The notes under the pieces were generated by a model that ran no database searches, had not been told where the DNA came from, and saw nothing but the letters and a program-made list of their open reading frames with translations. A DNA stretch of 28,622 nt, taken from the NCBI GenBank assembly GCA_042217615.1, contig JBDGSI010000040.1:1-28622 (forward strand). Reading direction: 5' to 3'. A program made the translations under genes and the position numbers. Positions 8,247-17,181 of the stretch are shown piece by piece; positions within the stretch are counted from its first letter, which is position 1; each line of letters begins with the position of its first letter. Origin of the DNA: Candidatus Nanohalobium sp. GTDB taxonomy: Archaea; Nanohalarchaeota; Nanosalinia; Nanosalinales; Nanosalinaceae.

Positions 8247-9190
8247 AGCTGGTGAACTATCTCTTTGATGATCTGGTCTTCATCTTTTCCTTCTTTCTCG
8301 GCTTTGAAGCTGAGGCCTATTCTATGGCGTAGAACCGGTTGAGCCATCGCCTTGATATCTGATATTGAGACGTGGTTTCGTCCTTCGATTAAGGCCTTGG
8401 CTTTAGCTGCTAGTACAAGGTTCATTGAGGCTCGGGGGGAGGCTCCGTAGTCAAGTTCTTCCCTGTTTCTGGTGTTTCTAACTACTTTGACTGCAGATTC
8501 TCTTATGTCATCTGCTATAGGTACTGAACGTGTGAATTCCTGAAGTTTTACCAGTGAGGGTTTGGATAGGACTTTTTCCAGGTTTGGTGAGTAGTTGAGT
8601 TCTTCTGTGAACCGTTCTACTATCTTTGTTTCTTCGCTGGAGCTTGGGTAGTCCAGTTTTACTTTCATCATGAAACGGTCTCTCTGTGCTTCCGGTAGTG
8701 GATATGTTCCTTCCTGTTCGATCGGGTTCTGGGTGGCCATTAAGAAGAATGGGTCTTCCAAGTTGTAGCTTTTGTTTCCTACTGTCACCTGTTTCTCCTG
8801 CATTGCTTCCAGCAGTGCGGACTGTGTCTTCGGCGTTGCACGGTTGATCTCATCCGCTAAAACCATGTTGGCGAAGATAGGGCCTTTCTGGAAGACAAAC
8901 TCGTTTCCTTTTTCTTCATCTATTATATGGGTTCCTGTAATATCGGAAGGCATAAGGTCTGGAGTGTTCTGAATCCTGGAGAACTCCAGTCCCATGACTT
9001 TTGAAACTGTTCTAACCATTTTCGTCTTGCCCATTCCCGGGTTTGACTCCAGTAAAATATTTCCGTCACATAGGATTGAAACTAGGAGCTGGTCCAGTAC
9101 TTCTTCTTGACCTACCATTACTTTCCCAACTTCTTCCCGGATCTCCGCAAGCTTACTGTTAGCCTTCTTGTACTTCTCCGGTTCAGCCAT
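8243..9190 (-). CDS. moxR: MoxR family AAA+ ATPase
   Basis: Walker A ESNPGMGKT, RIQNTPDLMPSDITG, Walker B LADEINRATPKTQSALLEAMQE, ATQNPIEQEGTYPLPEAQRDRF and ASPRA. The second Met (9190) is preferred as the start. Confidence 0.95.
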   Translation of the reverse strand: MAEPEKYKKANSKLAEIREEVGKVMVGQEEVLDQLLVSILCDGNILLESNPGMGKTKMVRTVSKVMGLEFSRIQNTPDLMPSDITGTHIIDEEKGNEFVFQKGPIFANMVLADEINRATPKTQSALLEAMQEKQVTVGNKSYNLEDPFFLMATQNPIEQEGTYPLPEAQRDRFMMKVKLDYPSSSEETKIVERFTEELNYSPNLEKVLSKPSLVKLQEFTRSVPIADDIRESAVKVVRNTRNREELDYGASPRASMNLVLAAKAKALIEGRNHVSISDIKAMAQPVLRHRIGLSFKAEKEGKDEDQIIKEIVHQL

Positions 9191-9254
9191 ACTGTTAATC
9201 TCCACAGAAAAACACATCCATCCAGCTATTTAAATTCAGAGCAGATCAACTGCT

Positions 9255-10007
9255 CTACCTCTCAAAACTCTTGATCGCCTCGCTATACTTCCTCGCAAGC
9301 TCCAAGTTCTCAGGCATACGAGGATTAGACACAGTAAAACCTGTATCCCCACTTCCGTCATACCTGTAAAACCCTCTCTCCGAAGTATTACCTCCTCCCC
9401 GAATCCTGACAGAGATATTCATGCTTGCATCAATATTCTGAGACTCTCCAATAATCTGCGTACCGTTCTTAAGTTCAACTTCATCAACACCACCCTCTTC
9501 AGAAGAACCAAGATCTTCAAAACCCTTCAAAACTTCGGTAGGGTTCTTCTGAATCTGCAGATCAGCCATACCGGATAAAGCAGTCAAAAAACTTAAAGCA
9601 CCTACCACAAGAATCTTCTGAATAATAACCTTGCTTGGAACAATACTGTCAGAAGTCACTTTCCGGGCACGGTCAATTAAATCATCGAACAAGGCCTGAG
9701 AAGCAACATCGCTCTTCTCAAGATTGTCTCTTGCCGTCCTAAGAATTTCCCGGAGCTCAGGATTCTCCTCCTCATAAATTTCCAACCTGTAATTCCTGGT
9801 CCTATGAATAAGATCTCCTACGAAGAAAATAAGCGCCAAAGGAGCCAGGATTTTAGCGTTTTCGTACCCGGCCACTAACCTGATTGAGAAGAAGAAAGTT
9901 ACAATGTTTAAGATTAGGAAAAGCCCTATAGAATCCAGTGAGGCCTGTATAATATTTACTTTGATAAATTCTCTTCTAAGCCGTTTCAGGAGTTTTTCAA
10001 CTCTCAT
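9255..10007 (-). CDS. Membrane protein of archaeal MoxR/DUF58 clusters
   Basis: Two N-terminal TM helices and a third TM (IIQKILVVGALSFLTALSG), then a polar C-terminal region with sequons. Lies immediately upstream of moxR on the same strand. Confidence 0.7.
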   Translation of the reverse strand: MRVEKLLKRLRREFIKVNIIQASLDSIGLFLILNIVTFFFSIRLVAGYENAKILAPLALIFFVGDLIHRTRNYRLEIYEEENPELREILRTARDNLEKSDVASQALFDDLIDRARKVTSDSIVPSKVIIQKILVVGALSFLTALSGMADLQIQKNPTEVLKGFEDLGSSEEGGVDEVELKNGTQIIGESQNIDASMNISVRIRGGGNTSERGFYRYDGSGDTGFTVSNPRMPENLELARKYSEAIKSFER

Positions 10008-10014
10008 TTTGGAT

Positions 10015-10485
10015 TCAGTACCCCAGGTTATCGCATTTTTCGTTGCCTTTGTCTGTCAGGTTGCCGTTGCTGCAGATATAGTTTAAGGCCTCTGACATGT
10101 TAGCAGTTCTCTGATCCTGTCCTTCGATTTCCTGCGTTAAGTTCTGAATTTTCTCATCTTTTGTATCAATCTTGGTTCTAAGCTCTTTGACTGTACTGTT
10201 TTTACTGCTTAAACGGCTTTTAATACTTGTTAACTGGCTTTTCAGGTTTGAAATGCTTCTATTCATGGATTTAATCTTTCTTGTCAGGTTTTCTTTTTCA
10301 ACTTGAAGACGGTTAACCTGATCTCTCTTCTCCTCAAGTGACTGTGTCAAGTTTTTTTTGGAGGTTACCAGGTCGTTTAACTGTGACTGGTACAGTACGG
10401 AGAGACCTGCCAGAAGCGACAGCACTACAACTGTTGAAATCAGTAGAAAAGGATTCAGACGTCGTTTAAGTAGAGATGCAGCCAT
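10015..10485 (-). CDS. Membrane-anchored long coiled-coil protein
   Basis: N-terminal TM (PFLLISTVVVLSLLAGLSVLY), ~100 aa of heptad repeats and a terminal Cys pair. Confidence 0.8.
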   Translation of the reverse strand: MAASLLKRRLNPFLLISTVVVLSLLAGLSVLYQSQLNDLVTSKKNLTQSLEEKRDQVNRLQVEKENLTRKIKSMNRSISNLKSQLTSIKSRLSSKNSTVKELRTKIDTKDEKIQNLTQEIEGQDQRTANMSEALNYICSNGNLTDKGNEKCDNLGY

Positions 10486-10625
10486 TTCTGTAAAACCTCT
10501 GTCTATGCCTCTACAATGGTACCGAGACCTCTACCCATTTATTTCAACCGGCGGAAAAACTCTCGAGAGGAATATAGAAGGGAGTATCATTAAGTAGAAC
10601 CAGAGATAAGTCAAGGCCTAGAAGG

Positions 10626-12269
10626 ATGAGCCACGGCGGAGATCTCCCGGATACCTGTAAATTTGGCCATGTTTTCCAGATACCTGGGAAAGCGGAGAAA
10701 GGCCTTAGTGGTGCCTGGGCGGATGCGAAGTCAAGGATTGAAAGCGGGGAGATCAGGGATCTCTATGATTTGGAGAGCGAGATGGGTACTGACACCTTGA
10801 TGCCTCTGCTGGGAAGTCACTGGAAGAAGGTTAAGGTCTCTGCTGGAAGCCAGGGAACTCCTTACGGATTTGTATTAACTGCTGCAGACTGGTTCGATGA
10901 GCATAAGGGTTACACAGTTAACAGGACGGAGGAGGGGATTTACGTGGCTCCTCAAAGCCAGTTGCATGACTCTTTTATGCAGAGAAAGCAGCAGGCAGAG
11001 CAGAGAGTTAAGGAAAACATGCGTAATATATCTGAATTGATGAAGCAGAAGCACATGCTTGAACATGATATCAGAAAGCTGCGTTCCCGGGCTGAAGCAA
11101 TGAGTGAGAAGGATGAAGCCGTTTTGAAAGGAGATTTCGTTGAACTGGTTGACGGCGCTGGGGGAGGCCAGCAGGGAGGTGATGAGGCCTCACTCAAATT
11201 TTTGAGAGACCAGAACATTTACCCGTCGATTGTATCAGATTTCTACGAGATGGAATCCGTAGACGATCTTAAGTACGCTGATCAAAGAGATGACGATAAG
11301 GACGGGGTTCTAGCGGATAGGCCTAAGAATGAGAAAGCTATACTGAAGAGAAAGTACACGATGTATGAGAAATGGAAGGATCTGTACGGCTCTGAGGTCA
11401 ACAGGAAGCTTGAGGAGTTGAAAGGCCAGTTGAAAAGTATTGAAAGATCTATAGAGGAGACCAAGGAGTGGCTGGAGCCTTACGTCAAAGACATGGTTCA
11501 GATCAACAAGATGGGCGATCTACAGGATGATCAGACAAAGTATTATGAGTGGAAAGGAAACTCCTCCCTACAGAGAAACCTTGAATTCATATGCTACAAG
11601 CCTCTGGTGAAAGAGGAAGGAGATATAGTCGTAACCGACAATGAAGAGGAGGCCACACATTTCAGAATAGTGTATATTCACGGCGTCCACGTAAACCTTG
11701 CTAACCCGGAGCAACCTGAGTCACCTGCTGATGGGCCTTCAAGCGGAGTGGTGATGTGGTTCCCAGCAGTTGTCTGCCGCCACGTATGGGAACGGTTCTT
11801 CAAAGCCAAAGTCGAAAAAGCCCAAAGCCAGACAGAACAACTGATGAAAGACTACACAGGAGAATTCGAGACAAAAGAAGGCGAAAAACTGAAAGAAGCC
11901 CGGAAAGAAAACGACATGAGTGTCAGAGAGCTTAGAGAAGCCATGCAAGAAGAAATAGACGAAGAAATACCTTTAGAAGGATCTGCCAAGATAAGAAGAA
12001 TAGAAGACGGCCTCGACCCTGTAACAGTACTTAACGAAGACTACATTGAGGCCTTAACCACTGTACTAGACAGCCTTGAACTCGGTGATGAATCAAAGGA
12101 TGAGGAAATGATAGGCGGTATTGAAAAAACCTTGAAGAAGTTTGCAGGCCTTACAGATCCCTATGTAATTCCTAGTGGAGCAGATCCCTTAGGAGATTTG
12201 ACGGATGATATGTGGTACAATTATTACTGGGATGTGAAGCAGAACTTTGGCCTTTACACTATGAAATAG
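10626..12269 (+). CDS. Hypothetical 547 aa protein with coiled coils and a C-terminal XRE-like HTH
   Basis: Long ORF with acidic composition. Coiled coils at ~aa 115-160 and 255-290; HTH-like segment at aa 419-482. Confidence 0.85.
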   Translation: MSHGGDLPDTCKFGHVFQIPGKAEKGLSGAWADAKSRIESGEIRDLYDLESEMGTDTLMPLLGSHWKKVKVSAGSQGTPYGFVLTAADWFDEHKGYTVNRTEEGIYVAPQSQLHDSFMQRKQQAEQRVKENMRNISELMKQKHMLEHDIRKLRSRAEAMSEKDEAVLKGDFVELVDGAGGGQQGGDEASLKFLRDQNIYPSIVSDFYEMESVDDLKYADQRDDDKDGVLADRPKNEKAILKRKYTMYEKWKDLYGSEVNRKLEELKGQLKSIERSIEETKEWLEPYVKDMVQINKMGDLQDDQTKYYEWKGNSSLQRNLEFICYKPLVKEEGDIVVTDNEEEATHFRIVYIHGVHVNLANPEQPESPADGPSSGVVMWFPAVVCRHVWERFFKAKVEKAQSQTEQLMKDYTGEFETKEGEKLKEARKENDMSVRELREAMQEEIDEEIPLEGSAKIRRIEDGLDPVTVLNEDYIEALTTVLDSLELGDESKDEEMIGGIEKTLKKFAGLTDPYVIPSGADPLGDLTDDMWYNYYWDVKQNFGLYTMK

Positions 12270-12282
12270 AGATGATAACTGT

Positions 12283-14988
12283 ATGGCTTTCCTGATTGAC
12301 CGGTTGAAAGAGAAGTTTGATGTAGAGGATGGAGAATATGATAGGGACAGCTTCAACTACAAGGTAGGAAACACTTCTGGCATGGATGTTACACAGCAGA
12401 TCCCCTCCGAGATAGCTCAGAGAGTAGGCCAGATGGCTCAGAGAGGAGGAGGGACGATGGAGATACAGGTGGAGAACCCTACAACTTTCTACATCGACAG
12501 AGAAAGCCTCTACGAAGTAATAGATGGTCTAGGCCTTGACATATCGATTCACAGCGACCCAAACATAGGGTATACCTCTGCCTACAAAACCGGTAGAGGC
12601 AGAGGATTTGATGTGGTGCAGGGATACTTCAGAGACTATCTGGAAAGCTTTGCCTCATTCAAACAGGAGATGAAGAACAGAGAGGATATTAACTTCAAAC
12701 TCAGCAGGATAAACCCTCACGTCTCTACAAGCCCTCAGCCTCCGCTACATGAGAGAATGGCGGATGACGTAGGCCTTGATCCTTTCGGATACAAGATAAG
12801 CGATCTGTCGGAAGAACTGATGGGAAAACGTTCAGAGAAAGGCCAGAACATCTTCAAAAACAAGGAGTTCCTGAGAAAACTGTATCACACATTCCTGCTG
12901 GAAGAAGTAGATTATGACTTCCAGTACTTCAGCCTTTTCGCCCGGTACTCCAAAAAATTCGAGAAAAAATGGAACCAGGCTCAGAGAGAAGCCACAAACG
13001 AATACTACCGCTGGAGAACAAACCCGGAAAACGGGAAAGTAGAAGACCTTACCGAAGCGGTAAGTGCAAAACTCTCCGTCATCAGAACCTCACAGGGCCA
13101 AGACAGAGGGATAGAGACAGCCTGGTTCGAACTCCTTGACAAACACGGCGACACAGAACTGCCTCTACTCAATATAGAGTTCGAACACACTGACGAAAAA
13201 GGCCTACAATGGGACTACACTGTAGAAGAAACAGAAGAAAGCGTAAACAGCATTCTGGCAGGAAGAGAAAACCTGGCGCTGCAAAGAGCGCCTGAGAGGA
13301 TATACAGTCTCAGAGAAAACCCGAAAGAAGTATTCGAAGGACCAGAGACCCGATATAACCCTAATCCCGGTAACCTTTTGATTGAGAGCACCGTTGAAGG
13401 CCTTGAAGACCTTGAGGATGAACAGCAGGGGGAAGTAAGGGAGAAGATTGAAAGGAAGAAGGAGGCGATCGCTGAGGAAGAGGGAATCTTTGAAGAGGCT
13501 GTTAGGGCCTTGGAGGAAAGTCTTGTCGATGCCTTGGATGAGTTGTGGGAGGGGAATGGTGAGGAGGAGATGTCTGTGGATGCCAAGATTGCTGCGTTGA
13601 GCAGCCACTTCGATATTCAGAAGATGAAGATACAGGAGCTGGCGTTTGAACTTGATGAGGAAGGTGAGCTGGAGGAGTCTGCTGAAAAGGTTTTGATGGG
13701 GGAGAAGGAGTACTTTGAGCAGGAAGGCCCTGAGGAGGATATGGGTGTTGATAACCATGCAGAGCTTTTGAGGCATCTGATTGCTTCCAACTTTGAGCAG
13801 CAGATATGGATGGAGTCCAACCTGTTTTACAGGGTTTTTCCGGCGTGGATGAGCTCTGCAGACACAGAGTATCCTGGTCACAACGGTTTCAAGGCCCCGA
13901 AGTTTATCTGGGAGACACTGGTTGAGAGGAAATGGGAGGATCGTTTTGAGCTTGATCTTACGGATGCTAGAGGGGGAGAGGATGAGAAAAAATACTTGGA
14001 TATGCTTGAGGAGAGCGCTGAGTTCCGAAGCGATGTGGCAGCGGCTTCTGCCGCATGCGTGATGTGGAGTCATTTCACGCAGATAGAGCAAAAGTTTGAA
14101 ATGGAAGGAAACCAGTATATTCAAGGTGATAACGGAGTATACACCTGGATCGAATGGATGAACAAGTACGGTATCGGCGTTAACATGGAGGCGATGGCTG
14201 GAAGCCCCAGTGAAAAGTTCAAGCTCTGGAGGCCTAAGGATATCGTGGCAGCATGCAGAGCTGTCAATATCACTGCCAGAGAAGAAGTAGAGGATGGCGA
14301 GCTTGGAGGAAAGGAAAGTATAGATGAGGAGCTGGATGGTTCGCCGGTAAAGTTCACTATAGATATGGAGCACACTGCAGGGTTCGGCGTAGACCCATGG
14401 GAAGAAATGGAGAAGCTTATAGAACAGGAGAAATGGCTGGCAGAACAGGATTTCAACGTCAAAGTCGACAAAGACAAACCTTTAGCCCATATAGTAAGGA
14501 TGTACCACCTTACCAAGCCAGGCCTTGAAACAAGCCAGGGAACAGGACACACCCATGGACCTTTCAGAAAAGGAGATGTAGAACTCTACGAATGGCTTTA
14601 CAACATGGCAGAGGCAGGATTCGCACAGAACCCCGGTGAGGAAGCCTCCGTAATGTACGAGGTAGGAGGGGAGCAGACAGCTACAGTGGTTCAGGCACAG
14701 CTGGCGATGGATATGATAGAGCTTGGAATATCTCCTGACGAGCTTGACCCAAGCAAAGTCGACCCAGATACACCGCATGAAGATGAAAAAGAAGCTTTAA
14801 TGGCAAAATTCTTCAGAATGGACCGTCCGAACTACAACAGAGAATGGGCAAAAATCGAAGAACACGCATTCGACCCTCTTGACGGCCTTCTGCAGGCTCA
14901 AGGCTTCGACTTCACCTGGTCCGGCAACGCTGCAATACAGCAAGGAGAAAACCGGCCAAACGAATGGAAACAGGAAGAATACCAGTAA
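12283..14988 (+). CDS. 901 aa endonuclease IV / xylose-isomerase-like TIM barrel metalloprotein with a large insertion
   Basis: Ordered metal-ligand motifs ISIH(90), INPH(146), GIGVNME(636), FTIDMEH(694/697), MYHL(742), GHTHGP(756/758) and VMYE(793). Starts 13 nt after the 547 aa gene. Confidence 0.75.
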   Translation: MAFLIDRLKEKFDVEDGEYDRDSFNYKVGNTSGMDVTQQIPSEIAQRVGQMAQRGGGTMEIQVENPTTFYIDRESLYEVIDGLGLDISIHSDPNIGYTSAYKTGRGRGFDVVQGYFRDYLESFASFKQEMKNREDINFKLSRINPHVSTSPQPPLHERMADDVGLDPFGYKISDLSEELMGKRSEKGQNIFKNKEFLRKLYHTFLLEEVDYDFQYFSLFARYSKKFEKKWNQAQREATNEYYRWRTNPENGKVEDLTEAVSAKLSVIRTSQGQDRGIETAWFELLDKHGDTELPLLNIEFEHTDEKGLQWDYTVEETEESVNSILAGRENLALQRAPERIYSLRENPKEVFEGPETRYNPNPGNLLIESTVEGLEDLEDEQQGEVREKIERKKEAIAEEEGIFEEAVRALEESLVDALDELWEGNGEEEMSVDAKIAALSSHFDIQKMKIQELAFELDEEGELEESAEKVLMGEKEYFEQEGPEEDMGVDNHAELLRHLIASNFEQQIWMESNLFYRVFPAWMSSADTEYPGHNGFKAPKFIWETLVERKWEDRFELDLTDARGGEDEKKYLDMLEESAEFRSDVAAASAACVMWSHFTQIEQKFEMEGNQYIQGDNGVYTWIEWMNKYGIGVNMEAMAGSPSEKFKLWRPKDIVAACRAVNITAREEVEDGELGGKESIDEELDGSPVKFTIDMEHTAGFGVDPWEEMEKLIEQEKWLAEQDFNVKVDKDKPLAHIVRMYHLTKPGLETSQGTGHTHGPFRKGDVELYEWLYNMAEAGFAQNPGEEASVMYEVGGEQTATVVQAQLAMDMIELGISPDELDPSKVDPDTPHEDEKEALMAKFFRMDRPNYNREWAKIEEHAFDPLDGLLQAQGFDFTWSGNAAIQQGENRPNEWKQEEYQ

Positions 14989-14993
14989 ACTCG

Positions 14994-15788
14994 CTAGAAA
15001 ACTATGTCAGTAAAACGCGAAGCCAGATCCTTACCTAAGTCCTTAACCCTCTGCCAGTAACCAGAATCATTATTCTTAAACCGCTCCATACTCAACTTCC
15101 TCTGCAAAACCCTGTCATCACCGACTACAGAAGCACCAGCAACCATATAACTATTTTCACCGCCGTCCACACCTCTAACACTGTAGTCAAAGTCTTCTCC
15201 AGACTCAAGATCCAAGGGTCCAGGCCAGTAATCCAAAACACTGTGCAGAGGCCTTGTAAAACCTTTCAAATCTGCTACAGAATGCAGAGCGCCTTTAACA
15301 CTGCCCTTCCAAGGAGAAACCCGGAAATCATCAAAACCGTCAAAACCGGTTAAATAGCCGTCATCAAGGCCTTCAAGACCTAAACGTTTCGAGGCCTCGA
15401 AACTGGTACGAGGCACGTTATAATCCGTTGTAAACATCAAAAGATTTCTGCCTTCATCACGCAGCTCCTCTAAAGCCTCTAAATCCTCAGCTCTACTCCC
15501 GCTGCCATCATAATCTATTTCCTCTACGTTAACGTCCAAGGCCTCTTCAACATCTTCAACATAGTCAGGCATAGCATAGACTGTGCCGTTAAAACCTATC
15601 TCCTCTAAAGCCCCGATACTCTGCTCCAGATAAACGTCTTCCTCGTAATCAGGTACACCCAGAAGAGCGGCGTCAAGGCCTTCATCCTGCCTCTCAGACA
15701 GATAGCCTCTAACCTTTTCACCGTTGAACTCTTCATCGAATCCTTCACTGTTCCTGACATTTGGAGGAGTAAGCATTTCCTCTATCAT
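14994..15788 (-). CDS. Hypothetical acidic protein, possibly a degenerate DUF218/YdcF-like fold
   Basis: 264 aa ORF with strong D/E bias. LLMFTTDYNVPRT resembles the DUF218 VTSxYHxPR motif. Confidence 0.7.
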   Translation of the reverse strand: MIEEMLTPPNVRNSEGFDEEFNGEKVRGYLSERQDEGLDAALLGVPDYEEDVYLEQSIGALEEIGFNGTVYAMPDYVEDVEEALDVNVEEIDYDGSGSRAEDLEALEELRDEGRNLLMFTTDYNVPRTSFEASKRLGLEGLDDGYLTGFDGFDDFRVSPWKGSVKGALHSVADLKGFTRPLHSVLDYWPGPLDLESGEDFDYSVRGVDGGENSYMVAGASVVGDDRVLQRKLSMERFKNNDSGYWQRVKDLGKDLASRFTDIVF

Positions 15789-15869
15789 TTACCTGTAGGC
15801 CTCTGCCGTATTTTCTCCAGTAAAAAGTAAAAACCCTGCCTTCTTGTTTACTGAATGGTAACAAAAGAC

Positions 15870-15913
15870 GGAAAGGTTTTTAAGTTTGCGTCAAGTATGG
15901 TTCTGTATAGGTG
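15870..15913 (+). promoter_or_regulatory. BRE/TATA plus Shine-Dalgarno for the nucleotidyltransferase gene
   Basis: GGAAAGGTTTTTAAGT (15870-15885) and AGGTG (15909-15913), the latter 8 nt before ATG 15922. Confidence 0.65.
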
Positions 15914-15921
15914 TTTGGAAA

Positions 15922-17181
15922 ATGAGTTCTAAGGATAAGATGAAGGAGATGCGTGAGAAGTCTCAGGAGAGGCGGATGGAGTCTGCTGAGGAGTTCTCAA
16001 GTAAGCTTAATGAAAAGCTGGGCGATAAAGTGAAGGTTGTAGCTGTCTGGGGTAGTGTCGCGAAAGGAGAGCACGGCCATGACTCTGATATCGATACTCT
16101 TGTCGTTTTAGATGATACTAAGCTTCAGAAAGATGTTCCAAAAGATGCTAAGAAGAAAATCAGGAAGAAGGTTACTCAGCTTGCCAAAGATACGGATGAC
16201 AGGATAACTATACAGTACTTTCCGTTCCTGACCGAGTTCTGGGATGCTCTCAGGAAAGGAGAGCCTCTTGCAATCGAAGCAGTGCGTAACGGAGAACCTG
16301 TCTACGATACAGGCATCTTCATGCCCGCCAAGAGACTGCTGGAAAGAGGTAAGATTACAGGCACCCGTGAATCGGTGAAGAAACGTCTTAAAATGGGTGC
16401 AGCAGGCTACAAGAAAGCTGAGAAAAACTTGAGATCCTCCATCCCGCATAAACTGGAGCAGGCAATGGCAAACGCTGGTCAAGCACCTATCATGCTTGCG
16501 GGAAAGAAACCTCCAGCAAAGGAGAACGTACCGGATACGCTGGAGGAAATGTTCGTGGAAAAAGACATGCTCGAACAGGAGTACGTTGACAAAGCCCGTG
16601 AAATATTCGAATTCGGAGACCTGGGAGAAAAGAACCCGGAAGAAGTCAAAGGAGGAGAAATCGAGGAACACATGCAGAAAACAGATGACTTCGTCCGCAG
16701 AATGCACAAACTTGTCTCACAGCTTGGCTCCAAGAAAAAAGTACAGAACATCGTACAGGACTACAAAAAATTCCTTAAGGCAAACGTCGCCGCACTCAAA
16801 AGCAAAGGCGTAACACCGCCAGAAGACAAAGAAGACCTTCCGGAAACTGTCGCAGAAAACCTGGACGTAGACGAAGAACACGTAGAAATGTTCAACCAGT
16901 GGGAAAAAGTCATCCAGAAGATAAAAGACAAAAACATGGACGAAGTCGACGAAAAAGAACTCTACGAACTCAAAAACCAGACAAGAGAATTCGTATCCAA
17001 CGTCGGCGAAGACCTCCAGAAAATGAAGGAAGAAGAACAGAAACAAGCAGAAAACATGACACCAGACATGGACCCATCATCAATCGCCAAAGCAGCCGAC
17101 CCAGACGAAGCAGTACCCAACCTAGAAGAAAAAGCGGAAAAAGAAGCAGAAACAGAGGAAAGCAAAAAAGAACAAGCCTAA
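15922..17181 (+). CDS. Minimal nucleotidyltransferase (Pol-beta family) fused to a HEPN-like helical domain, with acidic C-terminal extension
   Basis: WGSVAKGEHGHDSDIDTLVVLDD (GS...DxD motif), followed by a HEPN-like four-helix region. The start is set at ATG 15922 because the TTG at 15886 abuts the TATA box. Confidence 0.85.
   Translation: MSSKDKMKEMREKSQERRMESAEEFSSKLNEKLGDKVKVVAVWGSVAKGEHGHDSDIDTLVVLDDTKLQKDVPKDAKKKIRKKVTQLAKDTDDRITIQYFPFLTEFWDALRKGEPLAIEAVRNGEPVYDTGIFMPAKRLLERGKITGTRESVKKRLKMGAAGYKKAEKNLRSSIPHKLEQAMANAGQAPIMLAGKKPPAKENVPDTLEEMFVEKDMLEQEYVDKAREIFEFGDLGEKNPEEVKGGEIEEHMQKTDDFVRRMHKLVSQLGSKKKVQNIVQDYKKFLKANVAALKSKGVTPPEDKEDLPETVAENLDVDEEHVEMFNQWEKVIQKIKDKNMDEVDEKELYELKNQTREFVSNVGEDLQKMKEEEQKQAENMTPDMDPSSIAKAADPDEAVPNLEEKAEKEAETEESKKEQA

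Noticed and set aside
9191-9217. Longer MoxR start (MCFSVEINS)
   Set aside because: Atypical composition, and it adds nothing to the MoxR domain; ATG 9190 is more plausible.
13204-14373. 389 aa antisense ORF inside the 901 aa gene (also 13215-13586 and 14121-14552)
   Set aside because: L/S/F/H-rich shadow translation of an acidic sense gene. The codon bias suppresses antisense stops, and there are no motifs or start signals.
15886-15921. TTG start and N-terminal extension MRQVWFCIGVWK
   Set aside because: The TTG abuts the TATA box, and an SD precedes ATG 15922.
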